Shown here piece after piece: positions 10,549 through 20,155 of a stretch of DNA of 64,000 nt. The stretch is from a virus (Duplodnaviria; Caudoviricetes). The first letter of the stretch is position 1; each line of letters begins with the position of its first letter. A model generated the notes under the pieces. It was not told the DNA's origin and did not search any database. It worked only from the letters and a program-made list of their open reading frames with translations. The stretch covers positions 4,046 to 68,045 of the IMG/VR virus record IMGVR_UViG_3300029305_004897; one strand, given 5' to 3'. A program made the translations under genes and the position numbers.

Positions 10549-11266
10549 TAAATTGGACAGGGCTCTGCTTTGCAATTCCAATGATCCAATTTTGGTGGAT
10601 GGGGTACCAATTTATCCGGTCACTATCCGACAAATTCGGCAGATGGGTTATGCTCAGTATAAAACAAATCTTGCTATCCTTTGCATAACAGAAGATGATG
10701 TACAAAGACTGGTTGAAGGAGCTTCGGGTGCGAATGCCCCTTTTTATTTTCTTCTGTCTATGCTCGCGTATCATGAAGATCAGTGCAATGATATTGTTCA
10801 AGCTTTTCGTATGGTATGCCGGGAAGATATAACGTGGGATGTTTCGACCATGGAAATCCGCACGGATAACGGAGTATTAAACGTGGAGAATTTCGGAACA
10901 TTCCAGGATGCTGTGCGCGAGAGGAACCAGTATGATCTGAAAGCTGTGGATGAAAATCCGGCGGATGAATTTACCAGGCAGTTGATGCAGAAAAGTCGTG
11001 AGATGGAGGAAAAACGTGCAAAAATGCGCGGAGGCGAGGATGGTGTTACATTATCAGATCTGATTAGTATATGTGCCGCCAAGCTGCAAACACATCCTGA
11101 TACCATCGGTGATTTTGATATGTATCAATTGAATGATATGCTGGGCAGATTCAAAATATTCGACGATTATGAAACAAATATAAATGCTCTTTTGCATGGA
11201 GCAAAGAAGGAAGATATCGATTTGACTCATTGGATCAGTGGGAACAAAGGTCTCTTTCAAGAATAA
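10538..11266 (+). CDS. Hypothetical tail assembly protein
   Basis: Start moved to ATG 10538 after a TAGGAG RBS; helical, acidic. Confidence 0.45.
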   Translation: MTIDKLDRALLCNSNDPILVDGVPIYPVTIRQIRQMGYAQYKTNLAILCITEDDVQRLVEGASGANAPFYFLLSMLAYHEDQCNDIVQAFRMVCREDITWDVSTMEIRTDNGVLNVENFGTFQDAVRERNQYDLKAVDENPADEFTRQLMQKSREMEEKRAKMRGGEDGVTLSDLISICAAKLQTHPDTIGDFDMYQLNDMLGRFKIFDDYETNINALLHGAKKEDIDLTHWISGNKGLFQE

Positions 11267-11290
11267 ATTTATAGAAAGGATGTAAATATT

Positions 11291-12091
11291 ATGTCTGCTA
11301 ATGAAAAATTTGGTATGAAGGAAGTTCTCAATGTCGTTCTGTATGACATGGAAACCGGTAAGCCGGTGATTCAGTTCGACTCTCTGAAGAACTCTTCTAT
11401 TAATGTAACTGCAGAAAAGGTACACGCCCGCGGCGGTTGGGGTAATCCCAAGCTGGTAACCTGGGAATTTAATAAGGAAGCTACTATGACTGTGGAAGAT
11501 GCTTTGCTTTCTCCCAGATCTTTTGCACTGGTTTCCGGAATTGATACTGAGACTGGTGCTCAGAATATTCCCATGCGTCAGACTAATGAATACGAAACTA
11601 CTGACAATGGCGTGAAGAATCTTGGTGAAAACCACCCTCTCAAGGTTAAGGAAGGTAAGATTACTCTGGCTTATACTCCTGTCGATTCCACCAAGGTATT
11701 TGTTTATACCTACAAAGATGATTGTGGTGAACCCATTGCTGTTTCTGTTGAAGGCAATGTGGTAACTCTGACCGGCGTTGAAGACGGCACCCGGGTTGTG
11801 GCATATTATGATTTTGCTTCTCCCGCTACTACCAAGACCTTTACCATCGACGCAGGTACCTTCTCCGGTACTTACAAGCTGATGGGCGATACTGTTGTTC
11901 GTAACAAGGAAACCGGTAAGGACGAAGCTTTCAAAGTTGTCATTCCGAACATTAAGTGGAGCTCTACTTTCTCCTTCAACCTGAGCGCTGATGGTGAACC
12001 CGCTTCTCAGTCTTTCGAATGTGACATTCTGAAGCCTTCTGATTCTTCTACTATGATTCAGATGTACAAGTACAACGAAACAATCGCGTAA
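11291..12091 (+). CDS. Major tail (tube) protein
   Basis: 266 aa beta-rich protein (FGMKEV...RGGWGNPKLVTWE), highly biased codons, followed by a terminator. No sheath gene is visible, consistent with a non-contractile tail. Confidence 0.75.
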   Translation: MSANEKFGMKEVLNVVLYDMETGKPVIQFDSLKNSSINVTAEKVHARGGWGNPKLVTWEFNKEATMTVEDALLSPRSFALVSGIDTETGAQNIPMRQTNEYETTDNGVKNLGENHPLKVKEGKITLAYTPVDSTKVFVYTYKDDCGEPIAVSVEGNVVTLTGVEDGTRVVAYYDFASPATTKTFTIDAGTFSGTYKLMGDTVVRNKETGKDEAFKVVIPNIKWSSTFSFNLSADGEPASQSFECDILKPSDSSTMIQMYKYNETIA

Positions 12092-12108
12092 AGATACATA
12101 ATGAAAAG

Positions 12109-12141
12109 AAAGGACGTATGGATAACCCTGCGTCCTTTTTT
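12109..12141 (+). terminator. Rho-independent terminator
   Basis: AAAGGACGTA...TGCGTCCTTT stem followed by a T-run. Confidence 0.7.
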
Positions 12142-12282
12142 ATTGATAAAAAATCGTATCTCTTACCGGGTAGGTGAGTCATCATCTGTCTCATAAGAGG
12201 TATGAGTAAAGGGAGTATGTCAGAAAGGCATTCCAAAATGATTTACAGACCGGAGATAAATTGGTAGTGAGTATTAAGAGAA

Positions 12283-12753
12283 ATGGCAAAAACAAGAAGC
12301 AAGTACAATGTAGATAAAAATACAGAAGACCGCACTTATCAGGGTGTGGTCTATGATTCCCAGAAGGAAATGGAGTTTTTCCGGGACTGGGTGGAGCCTA
12401 AGATGATGGTTGGAGAAATCTTGTCATGCAAGAGGCAGATCCGGTATGAACTGCAGCCGGGGTTCAAGCATGGCGAGAAAAAAATTCTTCCTATTATATA
12501 TACAGCCGATTATGTGCTGCAATATGCCGACGGGCGGGAGCAGATTATTGACATCAAAGGGTGTCCGGATTCTGTGGCACTTTTGAAGCGTAAGATGTTC
12601 TGGTTCCGGTATCCGGAGAAGGATTATATCTGGCTGACATATTCGCAGAAGGATGGCGGCTGGGTTGAATATGAAGTCGTGAAAGAACGGCGAGCAAGAG
12701 ATAAAAAGGAAAAGAAGAAGAAAAAGAAGAAGAAAAAGGAGAATGAGGAATGA
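12283..12753 (+). CDS. DUF1064-like PD-(D/E)XK nuclease
   Basis: Motifs YDSQKE, QIRYELQPGF, IYTADY, IIDIKG; Lys-run C-terminus. Confidence 0.7.
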   Translation: MAKTRSKYNVDKNTEDRTYQGVVYDSQKEMEFFRDWVEPKMMVGEILSCKRQIRYELQPGFKHGEKKILPIIYTADYVLQYADGREQIIDIKGCPDSVALLKRKMFWFRYPEKDYIWLTYSQKDGGWVEYEVVKERRARDKKEKKKKKKKKKENEE

Positions 12754-13436
12754 AGAAGATTACCGTAAATCAGATGAACGAAGCGTTGGCAGAAAGAGAA
12801 CATGAAAACAGATATGTGCGGTTGGCTCTTGGAGATCTGGAGATTGTTCTGGATACGGAGCTGTCCTTTGATGATATGCAAACATTCGTGGACAGAGTGG
12901 CTTCCGCTGTGGTGAACGAAGGTGGGTACTTCCCTGCCGTTCGGGATGTTGTGTTCTTTGCAACTGCATTGCAGATGATGTCCAATGTGAATGTGCCTAC
13001 TAAAAATACAGGCGTGACCGGTGAGACCATGAAGATTCTGGATCTGAAGAAGCTGCAGGAATGGCTGTACGCTCTCGGTGATGAATGGCAGAGAGTGGTT
13101 ACGTTTACGGTGGATTACTCGAATCTGTTCCATCTGACTGAACTCGTGGACGAAAAAATCGAGCATTTGCTCCGTATGCAGCAGGCTGACACTCCCATGC
13201 AGGAATTCTTCCGGAAGGCTATGGAGGCGATTGATAATCTGGGAAATGAGCATGGGATCGGGATGGCTGAGCTGGCTGAGATGATGACGCCGCAGGTTGC
13301 GAAGCCGGCACAGAAGGTTATTACGGGTAAAGTGATCGGTTCTGAATCCCCTGCTCCGCAGGATGGATCTGCGGAGGAAGACGAAGATGTGGAGATTCAG
13401 ATCGGGTATGATGAAGATGGGCAGATGATGTTTTAA
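12750..13436 (+). CDS. Putative tail assembly chaperone
   Basis: 228 aa helical acidic ORF between tail tube and TMP. Confidence 0.45.
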   Translation: MKKITVNQMNEALAEREHENRYVRLALGDLEIVLDTELSFDDMQTFVDRVASAVVNEGGYFPAVRDVVFFATALQMMSNVNVPTKNTGVTGETMKILDLKKLQEWLYALGDEWQRVVTFTVDYSNLFHLTELVDEKIEHLLRMQQADTPMQEFFRKAMEAIDNLGNEHGIGMAELAEMMTPQVAKPAQKVITGKVIGSESPAPQDGSAEEDEDVEIQIGYDEDGQMMF

Positions 13437-13447
13437 GGAGGGGTAAT

Positions 13448-14068
13448 ATGGCCCGGGTGAAAAGTATTGAGGAGCAGCTGGCGGAGATGCTGAGGCCAGA
13501 GAATTTATCAAAAAGTGGCAAGATCAACGGGAAATCGGTTGATCAAATCTTGGTGAGTGAAGCTGCCAGATTGAAAGAGATTTTAGCAAAACATATTCGG
13601 GCATATTATGATTCTTATTCCCCTAAAGTATACATCAGACATGAAAAATATGGAATGGTGAAACATCTTTTAATGGACGTAGTTCCAAAAAATGGTTCTA
13701 TTGCTATTTATTTTGACGAAAACCATGTCTGGGGTCCCAGTGTTATTGATGAGGAAAAGTATGGATGGGGATTTGAGCCGATCTTGATTGATAACGGCTG
13801 GAGAGTGAAGTCTTCTGCGCCACATGCGAATATTCATAGATTTGGATATTATGAAGGATATCATTTTATTGAGAAGGCGATCCGTGAATTTGAGAGAACG
13901 AATACATATGGGTTAAAGGTTGGTGTTCAGGTAGATCCGAATGCTCTGAAAGGTTCTTCCGCATATAAAGATTTTGCTTATAAAGAAAATTCGGATGGTA
14001 CTTGGAGGCGGACATTCAACATGAGTAAATCTTCGAAAGATGTATATAGCAGTATGGGAGTCTGGTAA
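13448..14068 (+). CDS. Hypothetical tail-associated protein
   Basis: 206 aa with AAGGAGG RBS, directly upstream of TMP. Confidence 0.45.
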   Translation: MARVKSIEEQLAEMLRPENLSKSGKINGKSVDQILVSEAARLKEILAKHIRAYYDSYSPKVYIRHEKYGMVKHLLMDVVPKNGSIAIYFDENHVWGPSVIDEEKYGWGFEPILIDNGWRVKSSAPHANIHRFGYYEGYHFIEKAIREFERTNTYGLKVGVQVDPNALKGSSAYKDFAYKENSDGTWRRTFNMSKSSKDVYSSMGVW

Positions 14069-14082
14069 GAAAGGAGGAAATT

Positions 14083-16959
14083 ATGGCAAGTACATTAAAA
14101 GTTTTGGTATCTGCAAATCCTGAAGCAAGTACAGAGCGGATACTGAAAGATATTGATAATATTCAAAAACAGATTACAGCCAGTAATAAAGAAATCTTTG
14201 TTGATGCTCGTATCAAAAAGATCCACATTGATAAATCGGCGGCGAACTATGTCAAGAACGAGCTCAAGAAAATGTTCAATACCATTACAGTGGATATTGA
14301 TGGAAATGTGCTTGGGTTTGGTGCGGGTGCTGCTACGGCGGTTAGAAAGCAGACGGACGAGATCCGGAAGGCAATTTCAGCGGCGCAGAAGAAACTTGGC
14401 AATATTCAGATTGATTATGGTGCTAATTTCACTGCTGCCGATGGCACGAAATTTGAACAGTTCCGGCAGGAGCTTGAGAGGATGGCAAAAGATCTCGGCT
14501 CTGTGATACCGTCCGACGTTGCCATTATCTCCGACCAGATGGATGTGTTTGCCCATGCGATGCTGGAAGCGAAAAAGGCTACAGCGGAGAATGCGAAGGA
14601 ACTTGAGAAATTTGCAGCTGCCTGTCAGCGGGCAGACAAGATGGCGATGGATATTGAACAGAACTATCTTGGTAAGGCGAATGCTGAACAGAAAGAGAAA
14701 TACGACGGTCTGTCCAGCAAACTGAGTTCCTGGCGGGCGAATCCGAACACTACGACACAGGACATTGATGGGATTGCAAATGAACTGGAAGTTCTGAGAA
14801 CCGGAATCAAGGCTACTGCAGCGGAAAGTGACAAAGCGGCGAAGGCTGCCAATGCTCATGCTGCGGCTATGACAAAGTCTTTGAACTCTGCACGGTTGGC
14901 TCTTGATCAGATTAAGGCAAAGAACTGGGATATCATGGACGACAGTCAGAAACAGGAGTATCAGGATCTTTCTCGTGAGATCATTACGCTCCGAAATTCT
15001 GGTAATCTCACTGATGAAGTTATGGACAAGCTGGTTGCTCGGATCAAACTTCTTGGGACAGAGACTGACAAGACAGCTTCCAGCGTAAAGGTTGCTGCGG
15101 CGGCATCTGAAAAAGAAGCTAAGGCGTTGCAATCTGCGCTTACTGCATTTGATAAAGCATGGGCCAGTGTGGAACGGATGGATCTTAGTGGTTTGACGGA
15201 TGAGCAGAAGAAGGCTTATCGGGAAATCAAGGAGATTGTTGATCTTGTGAATGCTGACCGTGGAGGAGCTTCTTCCGGGGTGATCAAGCAGTTCACTGCA
15301 GAGATTCTGCGGAACAAGGGCGACCTGCAGGCGATGCTTGCGAATCTGAAGAAGGTGCAGTCGGAAGCGAAGAGGACGGACACTGCTCTGAAAAGCATGG
15401 GTGACAAACTCGGCGGGTTTGAGCAGAAATATCTGTTAGATCTGGATACTGTTGATCTTAATAAGCTGGAAGACTTCAAGAAGAAGATCGCAGAATTGCA
15501 GGCAGAAGGTATGCCTGCGGCCAAAACCGTTCAAGAGCTTGGGGATGAGATCCAGGAGTTTATGCTCCGGATTCAAACCGGAGGAAATCGAAGCAACTTC
15601 TTATCCTCGCAGTTTGGTGAATTGATGAAGCAGTTCGAGCGGATTCAGAACATTGGCGGAGATACACAGGGGCTTGATCTGCGCGGGATCAAATCTGTTG
15701 AGAATGCTCTTGCAGAGCTGATGATTTTTTCCAAGAGTTACAGCGGAACCATTCCAGAAGAAATCGAAGCGATGATTCTGGAAATTCAGGTACAGTTCAA
15801 CAAACTGGGAACAATTGACATCAGCAAACTTCGCAGGGTTCAGGAACTTCTGACTTCAGTCCCGGCGTTCCAGACAGATGATTACTATGTTGACGTAGCG
15901 CATGATCTGATGCGTCTTGTTGATGCGGCCGGCAAAGCTGCGGATGCTGTGGATGATCTTCATCATGAGATGAGTGATGATTCACGGTCGCAGGGATTCC
16001 AGAATCGGGTCAATGATGATATCCGTAAGTTGGACGAGTTCTATGAGAAACATACAAAGCTGAGAAACAATAAAGCATTCTCTGACGAGTATCAGACAAT
16101 CCGGGCAGGCTTTGATGTTAAGGCTTCGGAAGAGGCTATTAAGAAGAACGAAGACGCCATGAAGGATTATATCCATCGTGCGAAAGAAGCCGGTCTGACC
16201 ACGGATACGTTTGGCGAAAAGATTCAGAAGGCGTATCAGAAGTTTGGCGGCTGGGCGATTGTCAGCGGGACGTTCATGCGGATTACGCAGGCGATCCGAG
16301 ACATGATAAATAATGTCGTGCGGTTAGATTCTTGTTTAACAGAGCTTCGTAAGGTTACCGATGAAACATCTGATTCATACGATGCTTTCATGCAGAGAAC
16401 CAAGAATACAGCAAAAGAAATTGGTTCTACTGTGACCGATCTTGTTTCGGCTACGGCAGACTGGGGCCGTCTTGGCTATAGTTTATCTGACGCTGAAGAA
16501 CTTGCGAAGATCTCGACGATTTACGCCAACGTAGGCGATGATATTGAAGGCATTGACGATGCAACGGCCAATCTTATCTCTACTATCCAAGGTTTTAAGG
16601 AACTTGACGCTTCTGATGCTCTGAATGTAGTTGATGTTCTGAACCGTGTGTCCAATGAATTCCCTGCATCTGCCGGCGGTCTCGGCGAATCTTTGAGACG
16701 GTCTTCTGCAGCTCTCTCTGCTGCCGGGAATACACTTCAGGAATCTGTCGCTCTGATTACTGCAGCTGATGCTGTACTTCAGGATCCTTCATCGACCGGT
16801 ACAATGATGAAGACCATTTCTATGTACCTCCGCGCAGCAAAGACGGATCTTGAAGCAGCCGGAGAATCCACTGACGGAATGGCGTCATCTGTATCTAAGC
16901 TTCGTTCGGAAATCATGGCTCTTACCGGTAACCGTGTTGATATCATGTTGAATGAGGAT
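14083..16959 (+). CDS. Tape measure protein, exon 1 of 3
   Basis: 959 codons, Ala/Lys/Glu coiled coil ending in a TP901-like core region (LDSCLTELRKVT, WGRLGYS, NRVSNEFP); ends ...AAT GAG GAT at the intron 1 splice site. Confidence 0.92.
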
Positions 16960-18295
16960 TAACTCTGGTCCTCAATAAACCTGCTCAAATCGGGAAACAA
17001 CCAGAGATGGTCAATCCCGAGGGTAAGACTTGAATGTAAAAAAATATATGGCAATAACATAAAGAAAAGATGTGATCTTTATAGAAGATTTAACTGGCAA
17101 GAAATTTGGACAATGGGAAGTTTTATATTATGTGATAGATAAAACAAAATCCCGTGGTGCCAGATGGTACTGTAGGTGTAGCTGCGGAACCGAGCGATCT
17201 GTTTTAGGTAAATACCTAAAAAATGGATCGAGCACTTCATGCGGTTGTACTCGAAAAGTAGATTGGGTTGGTAGAAGAATTGGCAGGCTCACAATACTAT
17301 CTGTTTACGAAGATGACGGTGATACATATTGTATGTGTAAATGTGATTGCGGCAATGAAATTGCAATAAAAAAGCGTGGCATACTCGGAAGGCATTCATG
17401 TGGATGTAGACTCTATGGGGCTACAGGAAACGAGCATACAATAGATTTGACAGGGCAAAAATTTGGACGATTATTCGTAAAAAGTATGAAGTACACAAAA
17501 GGTAGTTTAAGTGAGTGTGAGTGTTTATGTGATTGTGGAAACTTGATTGTTGTACCAGCATGTAGACTTACCTCTGGGAACACAACTTCATGTGGGTGCA
17601 TCCATTCTCCGTCACTAATTGGGAACACATACGGCAGATTGACTGTTGTTGAAGAATCTGGCAGAAAAGGTACCCAAAAATTATGGAAATGTATCTGTGA
17701 ATGTGGCAATGAAACATATTTAACATCGCATATATTGGCAAGTGGCCATACCCATTCATGCGGATGTTTGAGAAGTGAAAAGGTCAGTCGTAGAGAAGTT
17801 ATGATTTCAGAGATTTTATCATCCATGGGTATTAAGTATATATCGGAAAAGAGTTTTGATGACTTAAAAGGAGTTGGGAATAAATCTTTGAGATTTGACT
17901 TTTTTGTTCCATCTATAAACACTGTCATCGAATATGATGGGATGCAGCATTTTAAACCAATACAATACTTTGGTGGAGAAACACATTATAATCGACAAAA
18001 AGAAAATGATTTAATAAAAGATTCATATTGCGATATGAATGGAATTCGCCTGTTGAGACTGCCATATACTCTTACAGACGATCAAATTTATGAGCGGATA
18101 ATCGCTCTTTTTTAATTTACATTCAAGAATCCCGTAACGACCACAGCTATATGAGTAATCATATGGCGTACGCAGGTAAACTATGCATAACGTATAGTGA
18201 ATGGTATGGTCTGCTCTGCAAATATAATCCAATATGAAATTGCAGAGGCAGGCAGAAATGACCTGCCCCCTCTTTTTAGAGGAGTAACAAAAAGG
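16960..18295 (+). mobile_element. Group I intron 1 (IA-like) with homing endonuclease, 1336 nt
   Basis: P1: exon GAGGAU with IGS GUCCUC 16968-73 (U.G at the splice site). P3 ACCUGC 16979-84 / GCAGGU 18172-77. P7 GACCA 18139-43 / UGGUC 18207-11 with a P7.1 hairpin. A perfect 12-bp stem 17029-40 / 18116-27 brackets the ORF. Ends in G; splicing gives NED|TFKSTY in frame. Confidence 0.93.
17072..18115 (+). CDS. Intron-encoded putative homing endonuclease (Cys-rich repeats plus Vsr/DUF559-like nuclease)
   Basis: Four repeats of DLTGxKFGRLxV...CxCxCG...SCGC, then LRFDFFVP...VIEYDGMQH...NDLIKD...GIRLLRLPY; AT-rich; sits in the P6 loop; GTG start. Confidence 0.8.
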   Translation: MIFIEDLTGKKFGQWEVLYYVIDKTKSRGARWYCRCSCGTERSVLGKYLKNGSSTSCGCTRKVDWVGRRIGRLTILSVYEDDGDTYCMCKCDCGNEIAIKKRGILGRHSCGCRLYGATGNEHTIDLTGQKFGRLFVKSMKYTKGSLSECECLCDCGNLIVVPACRLTSGNTTSCGCIHSPSLIGNTYGRLTVVEESGRKGTQKLWKCICECGNETYLTSHILASGHTHSCGCLRSEKVSRREVMISEILSSMGIKYISEKSFDDLKGVGNKSLRFDFFVPSINTVIEYDGMQHFKPIQYFGGETHYNRQKENDLIKDSYCDMNGIRLLRLPYTLTDDQIYERIIALF

Positions 18296-18715
18296 ACTTT
18301 TAAGTCAACTTACCAGATTATTAAGGAAATTTCAGGAGTCTGGAAAGATCTTACCGACGTATCTCAAGCAAACATTCTGAACTTGCTGGCTGGCAAGAGA
18401 AACGCAAACGCAGTATCAAGTTTGATCGAGAATTTTGATATGGCTGAGGCTGCTCTCAACGCTGCGAACGATGCTGCCGGTTCTGCTATGACGGAACATG
18501 CCAAGTGGCTTGATTCTATCGAAGGGAAAATCAATCAGTTCAAGGCCAGTTTTGAAGCGCTTTCTTCCAGTGTTATTAGTTCTGATTTTATCAAGCATCT
18601 GGTTGATGGTGCAACATCTCTTATCTCTCTGCTTGATGCAATCACGCAGAAAATTGGTCCTCTGCCCGGGCTTTTAATGGGCATTACATCTTTACTTAAT
18701 GTATCTGGCTTCGGT
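18296..18715 (+). CDS. Tape measure protein, exon 2 of 3
   Basis: Exactly 140 codons (TFKSTYQIIKEISGVW...AGKRNAN...WLDSIEGKINQFKA...NVSGFG), continuing the TMP core. Confidence 0.92.
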
Positions 18716-19042
18716 AGGCATCCATCGACTTGCCTTTCAAATATGCCGAAGTATACCCTGATGGTGACATGGAACGAGCTTGCAGCGTAATCGTGCTGCT
18801 GGCAAGAGGGTATTGGAAAAACGTCTTAAACTGCATCCCGGTTCACAGATCCGGGTCGGGAACGAAAGAATCCGCAGCCAAGCTCTCAGTGCAAACTGCA
18901 GAGAAGGTTCAGAGACTATAATAGGCGTACGGTTGACCCACGATACGGGAATCAATCGTGAAGGGATAGTCCAGTCAAATCGATATTGCTTGTGCAAATC
19001 GAAAAATCTGTAAACGGTTGGCCGCCGTTGGTCAAAAAAGGC

Positions 19043-19071
19043 TTGACAAATAACCCGAACAGATGTACAAT
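19043..19071 (+). promoter_or_regulatory. SigmaA-type promoter inside intron 2
   Basis: TTGACA-17 nt-TACAAT upstream of the GGAGGT RBS of the SLOG gene. Confidence 0.75.
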
Positions 19072-19100
19072 ATATTCAGAACAACTGTTTGGAGGTAGCG

Positions 19101-19562
19101 ATGTACGTATATATTACCGGATCTCCGGAGATCACTTCCCTGCCGGAGACTGTCACAAAACGGTTTGATCAGATCGTCGATAAAGGTTACGATATTCTGG
19201 TTGGAGACAATAAAGGATTTGATTCCACTATCCAGAAGTATTTTGCCATGCGTAAATATCGTCGGGTGACTGTCTATGTGAGTGGGCAGCATACGAGATA
19301 TAACGAGGGAGCATTTAGTGAAGCTCACATTCCTGGTTTGCCGGGAGATTCTGCTGTAGAGTTTGCTCGGTTGAAGAATGACGCCATGATTGCGGATGCG
19401 GACTGTGCGGTTGCTGTATGGAACGGGTATAGTCGTGCTGTGCGGCAGGACCTGGAGGAGCTTTTGGATTGTGGGAAGAAAGTTTTGCTTTACTGGAATG
19501 GGAAGATGGTTTTGGTACGGGATGACGGGTCGTTTTCTATTGACAATTTTCTTTATTGGTGA
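19101..19562 (+). CDS. SLOG-superfamily (YspA/YpsA-like) protein, intron cargo
   Basis: 153 aa; MYVYITGSPEI, DILVGDNKGFD, KNDAMIADADCAVAVWNGYSRAV match the Rossmannoid SLOG pattern (GSR...GdaxGxD...D...WDGxSxGT). Confidence 0.65.
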   Translation: MYVYITGSPEITSLPETVTKRFDQIVDKGYDILVGDNKGFDSTIQKYFAMRKYRRVTVYVSGQHTRYNEGAFSEAHIPGLPGDSAVEFARLKNDAMIADADCAVAVWNGYSRAVRQDLEELLDCGKKVLLYWNGKMVLVRDDGSFSIDNFLYW

Positions 19563-19568
19563 TATAAT
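19540..19568 (+). promoter_or_regulatory. Perfect sigmaA consensus promoter for the toxin gene
   Basis: TTGACA-17 nt-TATAAT with an extended -10 TG, embedded in the end of the SLOG gene. Confidence 0.8.
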
Positions 19569-19590
19569 GGAGAAAATTGGAGGTGGAGTT

Positions 19591-20115
19591 GTGGCAAATT
19601 TACCTGGGCAGGAATATATTGATATTGGATGTTGGTTGAAAAGTAAATATCTATATCATATCAAGGCATCTTATAATAGAACAAAACGCTTACAAGTTCT
19701 TCGTGGGCAGGTATGGTACTGTGATTTCGGATATAACATTGGAACAGAGAAGAATAAGAAACGTCCAGTTCTTATTATATCCAGTAATAAGATAAACACA
19801 AGCGAAAAAGTGGTAGTTCTTCCAATTACGGATGCTAAGAATAAATTGAACAGCAATCATTTGCCCGCTCAAAATTCGTGGTATTTATTATATTCGAACA
19901 CCCAGGATCCTAATAATATGACTCACCCTCATCGTTCCATACCCGGCAATAATACACCGTACGCCTTTTTGATAAAAGACTCGCTGGTTCAATGCGAAGA
20001 AATACGATGTGTTAGTAAAGCAAGATTGGATGATGCCCAAGGATGCGTAGGCGTTTTATCAGCAATAGATATGAATAATATTGAGAATAAAATGCGAAAT
20101 ACATTTTGCTTATAA
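19591..20115 (+). CDS. MazF/PemK-fold endoribonuclease toxin, intron cargo
   Basis: 174 aa from GTG 19591 after GGAGGT; RGQVWYCDFGYNIGTEKNKKRPVLIIS, VVVLPIT and SLVQCEEIRCVSKARL are hallmark PemK/MazF motifs. Confidence 0.85.
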   Translation: MANLPGQEYIDIGCWLKSKYLYHIKASYNRTKRLQVLRGQVWYCDFGYNIGTEKNKKRPVLIISSNKINTSEKVVVLPITDAKNKLNSNHLPAQNSWYLLYSNTQDPNNMTHPHRSIPGNNTPYAFLIKDSLVQCEEIRCVSKARLDDAQGCVGVLSAIDMNNIENKMRNTFCL

Positions 20116-20120
20116 AACTC

Positions 20121-20149
20121 TTGACATACCTCTTTTATTGTGTTATAAT
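20121..20149 (+). promoter_or_regulatory. Perfect sigmaA consensus promoter downstream of the toxin
   Basis: TTGACA-17 nt-TATAAT with an extended -10 TG. Confidence 0.8.
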
Positions 20150-20155
20150 AAATGC

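Noticed and set aside
12750-14068. Programmed -1 frameshift of tail chaperones
   Set aside because: No convincing slippery site with overlapping frames; the second ORF has its own strong RBS.
18197-18790. Track ORF of 197 aa as an independent gene
   Set aside because: It is TMP exon 2 plus in-frame read-in to intron sequence on both sides.
18730-19168. Short ORFs at 18730, 18780 and 18986
   Set aside because: They overlap the intron 2 catalytic core and have no RBS or recognisable protein features.
19390-19590. N-terminal extension of the toxin in the ORF track
   Set aside because: It overlaps the SLOG gene; the promoter at 19540-68 and RBS at 19579-84 point to GTG 19591.
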